A stretch of DNA of 64,000 nt from an uncultured Acidobacteriota bacterium (lineage in GTDB: Bacteria; Acidobacteriota; Terriglobia; UBA7540). Numbering within the stretch: the stretch's first letter is position 1; each line of letters opens with the position of its first letter. This document shows positions 1 to 11,400 of this stretch, piece after piece. Both the position numbers and the translations under genes were made by a program. The notes under the pieces were generated by a model, which worked only from the letters and a program-made list of their open reading frames with translations, was not told the origin of the DNA and made no database searches. Where the stretch lies: the NCBI GenBank assembly GCA_963804995.1, contig CAWDSK010000006.1, forward strand, positions 2,108,698 through 2,172,697. The letters run 5' to 3'.

Positions 1-56
1 GGGAGCAGTAAACCACATTTCAGCTTCGACCCGCAGGCGGGTGAGGGGTTACTTCG
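1..56. repeat. Partial REP-like element, CCCTCACCC/GGGTGAGGG family
   Basis: Matches reverse complement of ~22168-22215; gggtgaggggttacttc also at ~17985. Confidence 0.7.
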
Positions 57-82
57 TCACCTGACGAACGGACCCGCCCCCT

Positions 83-1300
83 TCATGGGCAGGCACGGTT
101 TGCCGCAGCCCGGTAGCCTTTCCCCAGCGCTGCCTTTTGCGTCATGTACTCGCCCGCTTGCGTGTTCCCATACCATCTCGTGCCGGCGCAATGGTAAGTT
201 CCAGAGTTCGTGTTCACCCAAACCTTGGCGTCCGGATTGCCGGGGGCGGTGGTTTTCTGCACCTCGGGCGGGGGCTTCTTGGCAGGAGTTTTGGGGGAGA
301 GAACCCCGTGCCACGCCAAGAGTGCGGCCAGCAGCACAACCAGTGCGGACACTCCCCCCGCGGCGGCGAGCCACACGCGGCGGCGCGGTTTGGTGGCTGT
401 GGCCGGCTGACCAGCAACGGTAGATGCAGGCTCGGGTGCACCAGAGCTTGGCGACGGGGTGAGGGACCCTGCCAGGGGTGTGCCGGTTCGAAGCGCGGTC
501 ATCACCTCGCGCACCTGGACGCAGCGCGCCACAGGATCCTTTTCCAGGCAACGCCGCAGAATGGATTGCAGCGGTTCCCCCACCTGCGCAAGCTGGGGCG
601 GGGCGGCCACCATGATCTCCATGCTCAGCTCGAACGGTGTGGCGCCGCGAAAGGGCAACTCGCCGGTCACCATCTGGTAGAGCAGCACGCCCAGCGCCCA
701 CACGTCGCTCTCGACGGTGGTGGGGTCGCCGCGCAGGACTTCCGGGGCGAGATAGGGCAGCGTTCCGGCTGTCGCGCCGGCCTCCGCCAGCGGCAGGCGC
801 GAACTGGTGACGTCCTTCATGCCGCGGCGCGGAATGCGGCGGCCCAGCCCGAAATCCAGTAGCTTGATATTGCCTTCAGAAGTAACGAGGATGTTTAAAC
901 CCTTTAGATCTCCGTGAATGACCCCGCGCTCGTGGGCGTAGGCCAGTGCGTCGGCAATTTGCGCACCGTAGCGCCGCACTTGCTCCACTGGCATTCCACC
1001 TTCAGGGATCAAGTCTGAGAGCGGCAGCCCGGCGATATACTCCATGGCGATGTAGGCACGCTCGTCCTCTTCTCCCAGGTCGTAGATGGCGGCGATGTGG
1101 GGATGATTCAGATTGGAAGCCAGGCGCGCCTCACGGAGCAATCGAGCCCAGGCCAGCTCGTCGTTGCGCAGGTTGTCGGCCAGAACCTTGATCGCTACCG
1201 TCCGCTCCAACCGCAGGTCGCGCCCGCGATAGACCACGCCCGAACCGCCTTCGCCCAGGCGGTCTTCAACCTCGTAATGCGCCAGCGTCTTGCCGATCAT
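83..1300 (-). CDS. Membrane Ser/Thr protein kinase (Hanks type) with small C-terminal Cys/His extracytoplasmic domain
   Basis: GEGGSG, VAIK, HGDLKGLN, DFGLG and APE motifs; TM segment VWLAAAGGVSALVVLLAALLAW; start could also be 1312. Confidence 0.9.
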   Translation of the reverse strand: MIGKTLAHYEVEDRLGEGGSGVVYRGRDLRLERTVAIKVLADNLRNDELAWARLLREARLASNLNHPHIAAIYDLGEEDERAYIAMEYIAGLPLSDLIPEGGMPVEQVRRYGAQIADALAYAHERGVIHGDLKGLNILVTSEGNIKLLDFGLGRRIPRRGMKDVTSSRLPLAEAGATAGTLPYLAPEVLRGDPTTVESDVWALGVLLYQMVTGELPFRGATPFELSMEIMVAAPPQLAQVGEPLQSILRRCLEKDPVARCVQVREVMTALRTGTPLAGSLTPSPSSGAPEPASTVAGQPATATKPRRRVWLAAAGGVSALVVLLAALLAWHGVLSPKTPAKKPPPEVQKTTAPGNPDAKVWVNTNSGTYHCAGTRWYGNTQAGEYMTQKAALGKGYRAAANRACP

Positions 1301-1400
1301 AGGGGAGGGCACTCCTCGACAGGCATGGTAGCCTCAGGAGGGGCGTTTGTCAAAAAGGTAATGGTCACATCGCCATCAGGCGCGACCTCGTATCGAAAAC

Positions 1401-1498
1401 AACTCCCCCGCTCGGGTGAGGTGGGGTGGCGCGCCGAGCCCCGATAGCGCGTTCTTTCCAAATTGATCATCGGGGCCGAGCGCCGGGGTGGTGCTGAC
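1401..1498. repeat. REP-like half element, CACCACCCC..CCCCTCC family
   Basis: ggggtggcgcgccgagc...ccggggtggtgctgac shared with the 15.4 kb and 22.5 kb elements. Confidence 0.7.
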
Positions 1499-1685
1499 TG
1501 GGTATAGGGTTGGTGTTGCCCTGGGGCGTTTCGGACCGAGCCTGTGAGGTGTATACTCGCACCTCCACCGTTCGCCCTGCTGGCCTGACTGGGGACGATA
1601 CGGCATCTGATCCTCAACAGCAACGGCGTGCGACAGTATTGCAGCGGGTGTTCAAGCTCAAAACACTGGAAAGGACTATCATCCT

Positions 1686-3281
1686 ATGCACAGACGCGAC
1701 CTACTCAAATCCCTTGCTTCTGCGGCTGCGGGACTGACCATCCTCAAGAGCGGTATGCTGCGCGGCGCGACCGCTCCCAGCAACAAACTAAATATCGCTC
1801 TCATCGGCGCATGGGGCCGGGGCACGGCCCACTATAAATCGCTGCGGAACGAAAATGTCGTGGCGCTCTGCGACGTCAACGATCTGCGCACCAAGGAGGC
1901 GCTCCGGCTCTTCCCGGGCGCCAAGACCTACTACGACTGGCGGCGGTGCCTGGAGCAGAAGGATATCGAGGCGGTGGTCATTTGCACCGCCGACCATCAT
2001 CATGCCTTCATCGCCAACTGGGCGCTCAACCGCAATATGCACGTATTCTGCGAGAAGCCGCTGGGAATCAGCGTGGAAGAAGTGCGGGTGGTGCGTGCGA
2101 ATTACCTCAAGCGCAAGGCCAAGGTGGCCACTCAGCACGGAACGCAGCGGCACGCCTGTCCGAACTTCCAGCGCGTGCGCGAGTTGATTCTGGATGGAGC
2201 TATCGGAGAGCTGAAGGTGGTGCATAGCTGGGACAGCCGGCAACTGCCGCGGCCGGGATATCCGGAAGGCCAGGGCATGGCGCCGTCGGTGCTGCATTAC
2301 GCGGAGTGGATCGGACCCTCACCGGATCATCCCTACACCCCTCAGTACTTCGGCGGCTCGAGCGGCTTGAATTGCCTGTTCTGGAACATGTACCGGGACT
2401 TCGGAGTGGGGCAGATGGGCGACATGGGCGCGCACACCATGGACCTGGTGTGGAACGTCGTTGACGCCGGCGCGCCGATCGCAATCGAGATCGACCCGGA
2501 GGTTAGCGACAAGTACAATCCCGACATATGCCCGGTGAAGTTGAAGGCGCACTTCACCCATCCGGCGAATGCGTGGAGAGGGCCGGTGGAACTGGTGTGG
2601 TACCAGGGTGGGCTGAAACCGGAGTCTCCCAAGGGCTACATCGATGTGAGCAAGATCGGCAACGGCGCAATCTTCGAAGGCACCAAGGGTACCCTCTTGT
2701 GCGACTTCACATCCCGCCTGATCATTCCAAACGATGACGACGGGGACCTGACGTACTACCGGCGGCGTTCGAGCCAGGAACTGCTTCCGCTGGTGAATGG
2801 CACCGGGATGCCAACACAAAAGCCTGCGAAACGGGCGGCCGGAGCGGCCTCAGGACCACCGCCGCTGCCGCCGGGATTCACGGCGCGCCCGAATGCGCAG
2901 CCGGGGCCGAACGGGTTCCCCACGGTCCAGTTCCTCGAGAACGGCCTCCCCGCGGGGCTGGGAATGCCGAACACCGACGTGGATGCAATCCTGGAAGCGG
3001 AGAAGAACGGTCGCCCGCTCGATCCCGATCCCTTCCAGTTGGAGTGGATTGCAGCCTGCAAAGGTAAGTATGACGGGGCGGTCCACGGAACCAGTAGCAA
3101 GACGCACTGTGATTTTGACTACGCCGGGGTGATGATTGAGCAAATGCTGCTGGGTTTGGTCGCGCATCGCGCCGGGAAGAAGCTGGAGTACGACCCAGTT
3201 ACTGGGACGATAACCAACGCGCCGGAAGCGAATGATTATTTGAAGAGGCAGTACCGCAAAAACTGGTCGTTGGACGGTTAG
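1686..3281 (+). CDS. Tat-exported Gfo/Idh/MocA family oxidoreductase
   Basis: HRRDLL Tat motif, IALIGAWGRG Rossmann fold, CEKP, GDMGAH. Confidence 0.9.
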   Translation: MHRRDLLKSLASAAAGLTILKSGMLRGATAPSNKLNIALIGAWGRGTAHYKSLRNENVVALCDVNDLRTKEALRLFPGAKTYYDWRRCLEQKDIEAVVICTADHHHAFIANWALNRNMHVFCEKPLGISVEEVRVVRANYLKRKAKVATQHGTQRHACPNFQRVRELILDGAIGELKVVHSWDSRQLPRPGYPEGQGMAPSVLHYAEWIGPSPDHPYTPQYFGGSSGLNCLFWNMYRDFGVGQMGDMGAHTMDLVWNVVDAGAPIAIEIDPEVSDKYNPDICPVKLKAHFTHPANAWRGPVELVWYQGGLKPESPKGYIDVSKIGNGAIFEGTKGTLLCDFTSRLIIPNDDDGDLTYYRRRSSQELLPLVNGTGMPTQKPAKRAAGAASGPPPLPPGFTARPNAQPGPNGFPTVQFLENGLPAGLGMPNTDVDAILEAEKNGRPLDPDPFQLEWIAACKGKYDGAVHGTSSKTHCDFDYAGVMIEQMLLGLVAHRAGKKLEYDPVTGTITNAPEANDYLKRQYRKNWSLDG

Positions 3282-3380
3282 CCAGGCCGGTCGCCACCGT
3301 GTCGCCGCGGCGACCCTGTGGTGACCCGCTCTTGATAATGCTTATGCCCTATACCCCACAAGCGTCAACCTAAGGCCAAC

Positions 3381-4415
3381 TCACATTGTCAGAACTACGC
3401 GGAACTGTGCGTCGCCGCTCATCATGCGCGCGTATGCCTCCGCCGCTTTTTCGAGCGGATAGGTTTCAATCATGGGGCGCACGCCGGTGAGTTCGGCAAA
3501 CCGCAATGTATCCTCAGCATCCGTCGGTGTTCCCGAGGCCCAGCCTTGAATGCTTCGACTTCCATTAATGAGCTGTATCGGTGTGACCTCAATGGGATCA
3601 AATGCCGCACCCACCACCATGAACTTGCCGTTCGGTCCCAGGCCGTCGATCAGCGCGGACATCGCTTTCGAGCTTGGGGCTGTCGCTAGAATGACCTGTG
3701 CGCCGCCCAGTTTTTGCAATTCTTCTGCGGCGTTCGTCGCTTTGCTATCGATGTACACGCTGGCTCCGAGTTTCTTTGCGAGTGCTGCGTTTTCGGATCC
3801 GCGCCCGACAGCCGCCACCTTATATCCAAACTTATTGGCGAATTGAATTCCGAGGTGACCCAGACCGCCAATACCCTGCACCGCAACCAGGTCGCCAGGG
3901 AGCGCACCGCTGTGCCGCAGCGCATTGAAGGTGGTAATTCCGGCGCAGAGCAGCGGCGCGGCTTCGGCGTCCCCCAAACTTTCCGGTATCGCCGTCAGTG
4001 CCTCGACGGGAGCCACCATGTATTGCTGGTATCCGCCGTCATAGCTGATGCCCGCGATTTTCAGATTACGGCAATTGCGAAAGTCTCCGCGCCGGCACTC
4101 AAGACACGTTCCGTCGCGGCCGCCGTGCCAGCCGACGCCGGCGCGCTGGCCCTTCTTCCACTCGGAAACACCGGCGCCCACTTCATCAATGATGCCCGCC
4201 ACTTCGTGTCCTGGAACGCGGGGATACTGAATTCCCGGCCAGGCGCCTTCTTTCGTAAGTGCGTCACTATGGCAAACGCCACAGGCCTGTACCTTGATGC
4301 GCACGTGTCCTGCGCCAGGCGTAGGAATCTCGCGCTCGACGATCTGGAAGTCGGCTCCTCCCTTCGGGACCTGCGCCACCTTCATGGGTGCGATTGCGAC
4401 TTTTGTTGTTGCCAT
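3381..4415 (-). CDS. Zinc-dependent alcohol dehydrogenase (MDR family)
   Basis: CHSD, GHE, structural Zn Cys cluster, GIGGLG. Confidence 0.93.
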   Translation of the reverse strand: MATTKVAIAPMKVAQVPKGGADFQIVEREIPTPGAGHVRIKVQACGVCHSDALTKEGAWPGIQYPRVPGHEVAGIIDEVGAGVSEWKKGQRAGVGWHGGRDGTCLECRRGDFRNCRNLKIAGISYDGGYQQYMVAPVEALTAIPESLGDAEAAPLLCAGITTFNALRHSGALPGDLVAVQGIGGLGHLGIQFANKFGYKVAAVGRGSENAALAKKLGASVYIDSKATNAAEELQKLGGAQVILATAPSSKAMSALIDGLGPNGKFMVVGAAFDPIEVTPIQLINGSRSIQGWASGTPTDAEDTLRFAELTGVRPMIETYPLEKAAEAYARMMSGDAQFRVVLTM

Positions 4416-4497
4416 AAATCCTCCTTTGAATGATCAGACTTTGTCGAAAAGGACTTGCTCTTGTGTGCGAGGCGAGCGAACCTTGCTCTTCGCACTT

Positions 4498-4630
4498 CTA
4501 TCCCGCCACCTCGAATATGACTTCCAACTTGACCGAGCTGCCGAGCGGAAGGCTTGCGACGCCATACACCAAACGGCAGGGGCTCTTGTCTTTTCGAAGA
4601 CGTCTTCGAGCAACTCCGAAGCGGCATTGA
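4498..4630 (-). pseudogene. C-terminal remnant of a RidA/YjgF-family gene
   Basis: RLVYGVASLPLGSSVKLEVIFEV tail, with ASELLEDVF upstream in another frame; no N-terminal half. Confidence 0.6.
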
Positions 4631-5053
4631 AAACTTCCCTCAGCCCTCCACATCTGATGCATCAAAAGGCGCCAAACGCCCACTTTTTTTGGGTTCCAAT
4701 TTGCCCCTGCCGCTTTCCGATTCCCTGCTGATTCCACCTTGGTGGCGCACTCGGAGCATCTTTCAAGGGAGTACCCATGCTTGCGTAGTGGTGCAGTTTG
4801 ATGTAGAGGCGGCGGCATTCATCCAGATCCGGTCGGGACGCCGCCATTTGGCAAGGTGAACTCGCCGCTACAACATCAAACTACACCACTACCCGCGCTT
4901 GATATTGTTTGCGTCTTCCAGGGCTTGTGCTTCCAAATTCTGGAGCGCGGTAGCGCCTCTCGCATCTCAGAGAGTCTGCGGCTTTCCGGTCTTCCGCATT
5001 GATAGAAATGTGAACGCGCTTCCAGCTTGAAGCCCCAACGGGGCGACCTACCA

Positions 5054-6318
5054 ATAGGGGTAGGGAGACGCGATTGGATTCGGTCCCCCTCCCTCCGAAC
5101 CGGACAGGCGGATTTCCCGCATCCGGCTCTCCAGTCGGTGGTTTTACCTCCGAGAGGATGGACGGACCGAGTCATGGGCGGCGACCAGAGAGAACAGCCC
5201 CTGCTCGGCAAAGAAGGCATTAGGTCAGCGGTGATGGTCGGTGCCGCGGCCTCGGCCCGGGCGTCCCTGGCGGTAGCGCAAGATGCTACGCAGCCGCATG
5301 CGGACCCAGGAATCCAAGACCTCGAACGCGAAACGACAACTGTGCTGAAAATACTCGAACCAGCCTCGCAGCGTACGGTTCACGTCGGTGAGGATGGCCG
5401 CCCAGCTCTGCCCGGAGCGCCGTCTGTACCACCCGGTCACGCACCGTCGGAATCCCCAAGGGTCGCTTTTCTTTGCTCCCCAATTTGCGGATCCAGTGAC
5501 GCCGTATCGCCTGCGGGCGATAGCTACCGTCCGCGAGCGACCGCGAGAGCTTTTCCAGGTTCGCTTCCAGGTGGCGCTCGAACTCTTCCACCGTCACGTG
5601 GTCTACACCGGCGGCTCCCTCGTTGGCCTTCACGCGAGCGAAGGCTTGCCGCAAAGTCGGCAGAGCGCAGACCTTATCCATCAGGCTGTACCACCTGCTT
5701 CCTTTCACTCCCTGTTCGAGAGCCGTCAACATCCGTTCCGTCCCAACCTCGGCTTCGACCCAGGCCCATCGAGCCTGAATCTCTCCGGCGGGGGTAGCTC
5801 GTTTTCCGAGCACTCCGTCCGGGGGGGCTTGCGGTGGTTTGTCCGTCACGTCTCCACCTTCCTGCGCTCCCTTCGCTCCATGGCCGTTACGCCACTTCTT
5901 CGCTACTATGGGCGCGGTGACTCCGGCGTGCACGCGCTCTTCCCGGCCCTTTCCAGGCGGCGGGGGCGGCTCTTCTACACGCCGGTCTCCCTGATTCACG
6001 CCACCGGCCTTCCGGCCATTCTGTCTCCAATCACCTGCGGGCGCTCCGTCTCACCAAGGCACGTTACCTGTGGGTGGATCGGACCAAGACGGCTTCCCTC
6101 TATGGGTTGTGCTCCCTCCGGGAACTCGGGGCTTCGTCCTCAGCTGGCAGACTCGCCGCTCCCCGCCGGCCGAATCGAGTTTCTTATCGTACGGACTGGC
6201 CGTTCACCTCCTGCTGCTCTCCACCCCGCCTCGCGGCGACGCAGTTGCAGTCGGTTTCAAGTTACGTTGACTTGGAGAGGACTTCCACCTCTCCGGTCGA
6301 TGGCGCTTTCAGGCGCAC
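5054..6318 (-). mobile_element. Degenerate group II intron (IIC-like) with internally deleted RT
   Basis: 5' GTGCGCC at 6318; domain V/VI gagccggatgcgggaaatccgcctgtccggttcggagggaggggg...cctacccctat ending 5054; hairpin directly upstream of the 5' end. Confidence 0.88.
5144..5850 (-). pseudogene. ltrA: Group II intron reverse transcriptase/maturase, broken
   Basis: RT0-RT2 (GAAGVD, RPLGIPTVRDRVVQTAL) joined out of frame to domain X (VNRTLRGWFEYF); no YADD; stop in HHR*PNAFF; ends approximate. Confidence 0.85.
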
Positions 6319-6707
6319 CAGCCCAGGCCGAAGGTCCGCCAATCTTAATGGAGGACCGAAGGCCTGGGTCAGGCAAACGCAACCAGTTTCCATCCGCAAG
6401 CCCTGAAGGTGCGGGCCAACCGTTGCCTCCCCACTTTCCCAACGGCATTTTCATCTCGATCTGTGGGGCGGAATAGAGGGTTCCCTAGATCGCCCTTTCA
6501 GGGCTTGGCGCGGGAAACAATCCGTTGACCCAGGCCGTTGGCCGGGCTGTGTCAGTTCGCCCCGTTGGGGCTTCCTTGCAAATTAGACACTACCCACCTC
6601 TTATCCGCCCCGGACCGCTTGCCCAACCTCGTGTTATGATGTGTTTTCGACCCCCAAGGGGTCAGGGGTTTCATCCCACAAACCTAATCTGAGCAGGAGG
6701 CACTTCG

Positions 6708-7731
6708 ATGAGCTCGACGAAGCAGAACCGTCGCGAGTTTCTGGAGCAGGTGACAATCGGTATGGCGGGCGCGGGCGCTGCCCTATCGGGTGACGCCCTG
6801 GGCGCGCCGGCTGGCGCCCCGGCCCATGGTGAAATGCCATATCGCACGCTGGGGCGCAGCGGTGAAAAAGTTTCCCTGCTGGGCCTCGGTGGATATCACA
6901 TCGGCCTCCAGCACGATGAGCAGGAAAGCCTGCGCATCGTCCGCACCGCCATCGACAACGGCGTCAATTTCCTGGACAACTGCTGGGATTACAACGAGGG
7001 GGCGAGCGAAGTCCGCATGGGCAAAGCGCTCCAGGACGGTTACCGGAAAAAGGTCTTCCTGATGACCAAGACCGACGGGCAGTTAAAGGATGCCTGGAAT
7101 CAGCAGACTTGAAGATTCCCTACGGCGGCTCCAGACGGAGACGATCGATCTCGTGCAATTTCACGAAGTGATCCGCCCCGGCGACCCCGACCGCATCTTC
7201 GGCCCCGGCGGCGCCATCGAGGCGGCGCTGGCCGCGAAGAAAGCCGGCAAGATCCGCTACATCGGCTTTACCGGCCACAAGGACCCCGACATCCATCTCA
7301 AGATGCTGAACGCCGGCTTCCAGCACGGCTTCACATTTGACGCCGTCCAGATGCCGCTCAACGTTATGGATATGCACTTCAAGAGCTTCGCCAAGAAAGT
7401 GGTTCCCGTCCTGGTCGAGCACGGGATCGGGGTGCTGGGGATGAAGCCCATGGGAAATGGCATTATCCTCAAGAGCAATACTGCCACTCCTATTGAGTGC
7501 CTCCACTACGCCATGAACCTACAGACGTCGGTGGTCATCAACGGCTGCGATTCGCTCGAGCGGCTGCACCAGGGTCTCGAAGCCGCGCGCACCTTCCGGC
7601 CCCTCGGCCCGAAGGAGCTTGACGCGCTCTACGCCAAGACCGTCGAGGCCGGCCGCGAGGGCCGGTTCGAACCCTTCAAAACCACCAATGAGTTTGACGG
7701 CACCGTCCACAACCCCGGCTGGCTGGGGTGA
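6708..7731 (+). CDS. Tat-exported aldo/keto reductase, frameshifted near 7107 (extra base, likely error)
   Basis: NRREFL Tat motif, YRTLGRSGEKVS, DNCWDY, then LEDSLRRLQTETIDLVQFH in the next frame. Confidence 0.85.
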
Positions 7732-7757
7732 CGGTGGCAAATCGCCGGAGGCCGCCT

Positions 7758-8369
7758 ATGTCCCAGATCACTGCCTTGTTCTTTGACGTGGGCGGCGTGT
7801 TGCTCACCAACGGCTGGGACCGCGGCGCGCGCAACCGGCTTGTCGAGAAGTTCAGTCTGGATGGGGAGGATTTTGAAGACCGGCACCTATTGGTGAGCGC
7901 CGCACTCGACACCGGGCAACTCGAGCTCGATCATTACCTCAACCGCACTATCTTTTACCGCCCCCGAAACTTTTCGAAGCAAGCGGTGCTCGATTTCATG
8001 TACGCGCAGTCGCAGCCGTTTCCGGAATCGCTGGCGCTGGTGGCGCGGGTGGCGCAATCCCGCAGGTTTCTCCTGGCAACTCTCAACAATGAGTCGCGCG
8101 AGTTGAATCTCTATCGCATTGAGAAATTCGGTCTGCGGAATTACTTCTCGGTGTTCTTCAGCTCCTGCTTCCTGGGCGTACAGAAACCCAACGCGCAAAT
8201 TTATCGCCTGGCGCTCGACCTTTCGCAGCGGCCGGCGGAGGAATGCGTCTTCATTGACAACCGGCCGCTCAACCTGGAATGTGCGCGGCGCCTGGGCCTG
8301 CAGACGATTCAGTTTCGGAACGCGGCGCAGCTAGGGGAAGACCTGCGCAGCCTGGGAGTTGAGGTTTAA
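7758..8369 (+). CDS. HAD-family phosphatase
   Basis: FFDVGGVL, KP, FIDN motifs; GGAGG RBS before ATG 7758. Confidence 0.88.
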   Translation: MSQITALFFDVGGVLLTNGWDRGARNRLVEKFSLDGEDFEDRHLLVSAALDTGQLELDHYLNRTIFYRPRNFSKQAVLDFMYAQSQPFPESLALVARVAQSRRFLLATLNNESRELNLYRIEKFGLRNYFSVFFSSCFLGVQKPNAQIYRLALDLSQRPAEECVFIDNRPLNLECARRLGLQTIQFRNAAQLGEDLRSLGVEV

Positions 8370-8472
8370 CGAGGGAAAACTGTGGTTGGCGCCCTGACGG
8401 CGCCTTGGGGTACGAGGTCTCGATGGGGAAGTTCGAGGGCCTGGCCGATGGCTTTCCCACCCTGCCCCAGGG

Positions 8473-11400
8473 TCATTCCCCCGCCGCTACGTCTGCGGAA
8501 AGTCGCTGGGCGGTTTCCTTAACCTGTTTCAGATCGAGTTTGCCGCTGCCGAGAACCGGCAAGGCGGGCACGGGGAAGAAGTTTTCCTTGCGCGGCACCC
8601 ACAATTTGGGAAGTCCGGAATCACGCATCCGTTTAAGCAATTCGTCAACCGTCAAGCCCAACTCCGTGTGCAATACGACGAAGCGCTCGCCCTTCTGATC
8701 GTCGGAAACCAACGTCACCACGAGCCGCGGCTCCAGGCTGCCGAGCGCACGATGCAGGGCGTCTTCCACCTGGACGTGCGAAACCATCTCACCGCCGATC
8801 TTCGAAAAGCGCGCCAGACGGTCAGTAATCTTGATGAAGCCGTCCTCGTCGAGTTGTCCTACGTCGCCGGTGATGTACCAGCCATCTTCCCAGATGACCT
8901 GGCGGGTTCGGTCAGGTTCGCCGAGGTAGCCGACCATCACACTCGGCCCTTTCACCAGCAACATGCCCTCTTGCCCCGCGTCGAGGGTCGCAAAGGTATC
9001 AGGGCTCACGATGCGCACGGCGACCCCGGGAATCGGGTGGCCGACAGTGCCGCGCTTCGCGCCCACCTGCTTCTGGTCGCTGCCGCTGTAGCCGGAGGTC
9101 TCAACCGCTACCACCGGGGAAAGCTCGGTGCAGCCGTAGCCTTGAAATAGGTCGAGATGGAATTTCTCGCGGAAGACGTCCGCAAGCTCAGGCTTCATTT
9201 TTTCCGCGCCGACGATGGCCACGCGCAACGAGGCGAGATCCTCCGGCTCCGTGCGGCGCACATATTCCCAGGCGAAGGTCGGGGTAGTGACCAGGATCGT
9301 GACGTGATACTTCCGGCAAAGTTCACCAATCTTGCGCGCCTCTAACGGGTTCGAGTGATAGGCCACGCCGAAACCGGAAATCGCGGGCAACCACAAACCT
9401 ATCGTGAAACCGAAGGAGTGGAAGAAGGGAAGGATGCCCAGCAGGCAATCGCGCCGATCAACGTTGATCGCTTGTTGAACGCCTTCCAGATTGGACACGA
9501 TGTTGCGGTGGCTCAGCATCACCCCTTTGGGCGTACCGGTGCTGCCGCTTGAAAAGATCACTGTAGCGAGGGAATCGAGCTTGACGTCGCGTGGGATCAG
9601 CCAGCGCCGCAGCAAGGCGGTGGGAATGAGCCGGGAGACGGCTGCCCAGATCAGCTTATCGCGCTTCCCAAAGCTCTCAGCCACCTCTTCGATCATCACC
9701 ATGCCGGGCCGCCTCTCCATCCCAAATCGGTCCAGGAGTTTCTGGGAGGTGTAAATGGTTTTGATTTCGCAGCGCTCGACGGCCACATCCAGCGCCTGGT
9801 GGGAGGCTGTGTAGTTCAGGTTCACCGGCACGCGGCCCGACAAGCTGATGCCAAAATTCAGCAGCGCTGCCGGCACCGAAGGTGGCAACAAAACGCCGAC
9901 CATCTTGTCGCTCGCGCATTGCTCGATCACCCTGCGCCGGAACAAGAGCGCGCCGATGAGCGCCTGACCGAAGTTGACACGGCGGCCGAAAGAATCCGCC
10001 ATAGCAAAGCGCCCCCAGTTGCGCCGCGCGTTGTCCAGGAACAATTCCGGCAGCGGACGTTGCGCCCCCTCACGGCGCGCGAAGGCATCGGCACTCAGAG
10101 CCATGACCGCCTGCCGCACCTGGAAGGCGCTGGCGTTCCCCGCGAGAGGCGCGCCAAAACTTACCGTGACGCGGTAAGGAATGCGGCGTGGCCACTTGAA
10201 GAAGAAGTGACCGCGTTCGAAACTGAAAATGCTTCCCCACACGCGGTCAAGGTGTATGGGCACAATGGGAACCTCCAGGCCGCGCGTAATGCGCTCAAAG
10301 CCGCGACGGAAGCGCAACAGGTTGCCGGTGCGCGTGATCGCCCCCTCCGCGAAGATGCAGACCAGGTGGCCCTCCCGCAAGCGGTCCTGCGCCACGCGTA
10401 GGGATTCCACCAGCTCGCGCGGCTTGTCGGTTTCGGAAATCGGAATCGCCCCCATCAACTTGGCCAGCCAGTGGATTCCCGTCGTCTCGTAGAAGCGGCG
10501 GTACATGAGGAAGCGGATGAAGCGCTGCGTGCACGCGGCAATCAGAAACGGATCGGCAAAGGAGATGTGGTTGCACACCAGAAGGGCAGGGCCACGCCGC
10601 GGCAGGTTTTCCGCACCCCGCACCTCAATGCGATAGAAAGTGTGGGTGAGGAGGAACAGGCAGAGACGGATTGCGAAGTCGGGCAGGACGGTGAGAATGT
10701 GCGCCGTGGCCCCAAATGAAATCACCGCCATTACCAATAGAACCTGATTGGGTGGCAATTGGCAGGGGCCGGATAGGAACATGAAGATTCCGGCGCCCAG
10801 GAATACGCCGGTGAAGGTCAGGACGTTTGAGGCGGCAATGACCCGTCCCTTGGAGTGCTCGCCGGCGTGCGCCTGCAAATAGGACTGGAGAGGAATGATA
10901 AAGATTCCACCCGAGAAGCCCAACAAGAAATGCCCGAGGAGCGAGTAGGCATAGGAGTGAGGGGTGAAGAAGAGAAGCACTCCGAAGACGCCGAGGCCCA
11001 CGGAGCCGATCGGCACCAGGCCCAGCTCCACCCGGTCGCCGGAGAGCTTGCCGGCCACAAACGCGCCCAATCCAATTCCGATCGATACCGTGGCGGTGAG
11101 GTAACTGATGCCGGTATTACTCAAATGCAGAAGGTCCCGGCCGTAGCCGATAACATTCTGAAGATAGACCGCGCCCAGAAACCAGAAGTAGGCGATAGCC
11201 AGAACGGTTCGGAAGAGCGCTTGTGAGGCTCGGATTTCCGCGAAGTCGTGCCAGAATTCGCTGAAGGCATTCCAACGGAACTTTTCTCCGGCGGCGATGG
11301 CTGGAACGCGGCTGATGCCCGTAGCCATGACGAGGCCCACCAGAGCCGTGCCGATGAGCAATGCGACGGGAATGTAGGGCCTGGAAAGATATGTGTCCAG

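Larger units (their letters stand above)
5030..6573. repeat. REP doublet/MITE-like element interrupted by the intron
   Basis: 17-bp perfect inverted termini aagccccaacggggcga (5030-5046) and tcgccccgttggggctt (6557-6573); internal agccctgaa/ttcagggct pair. Confidence 0.8.
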
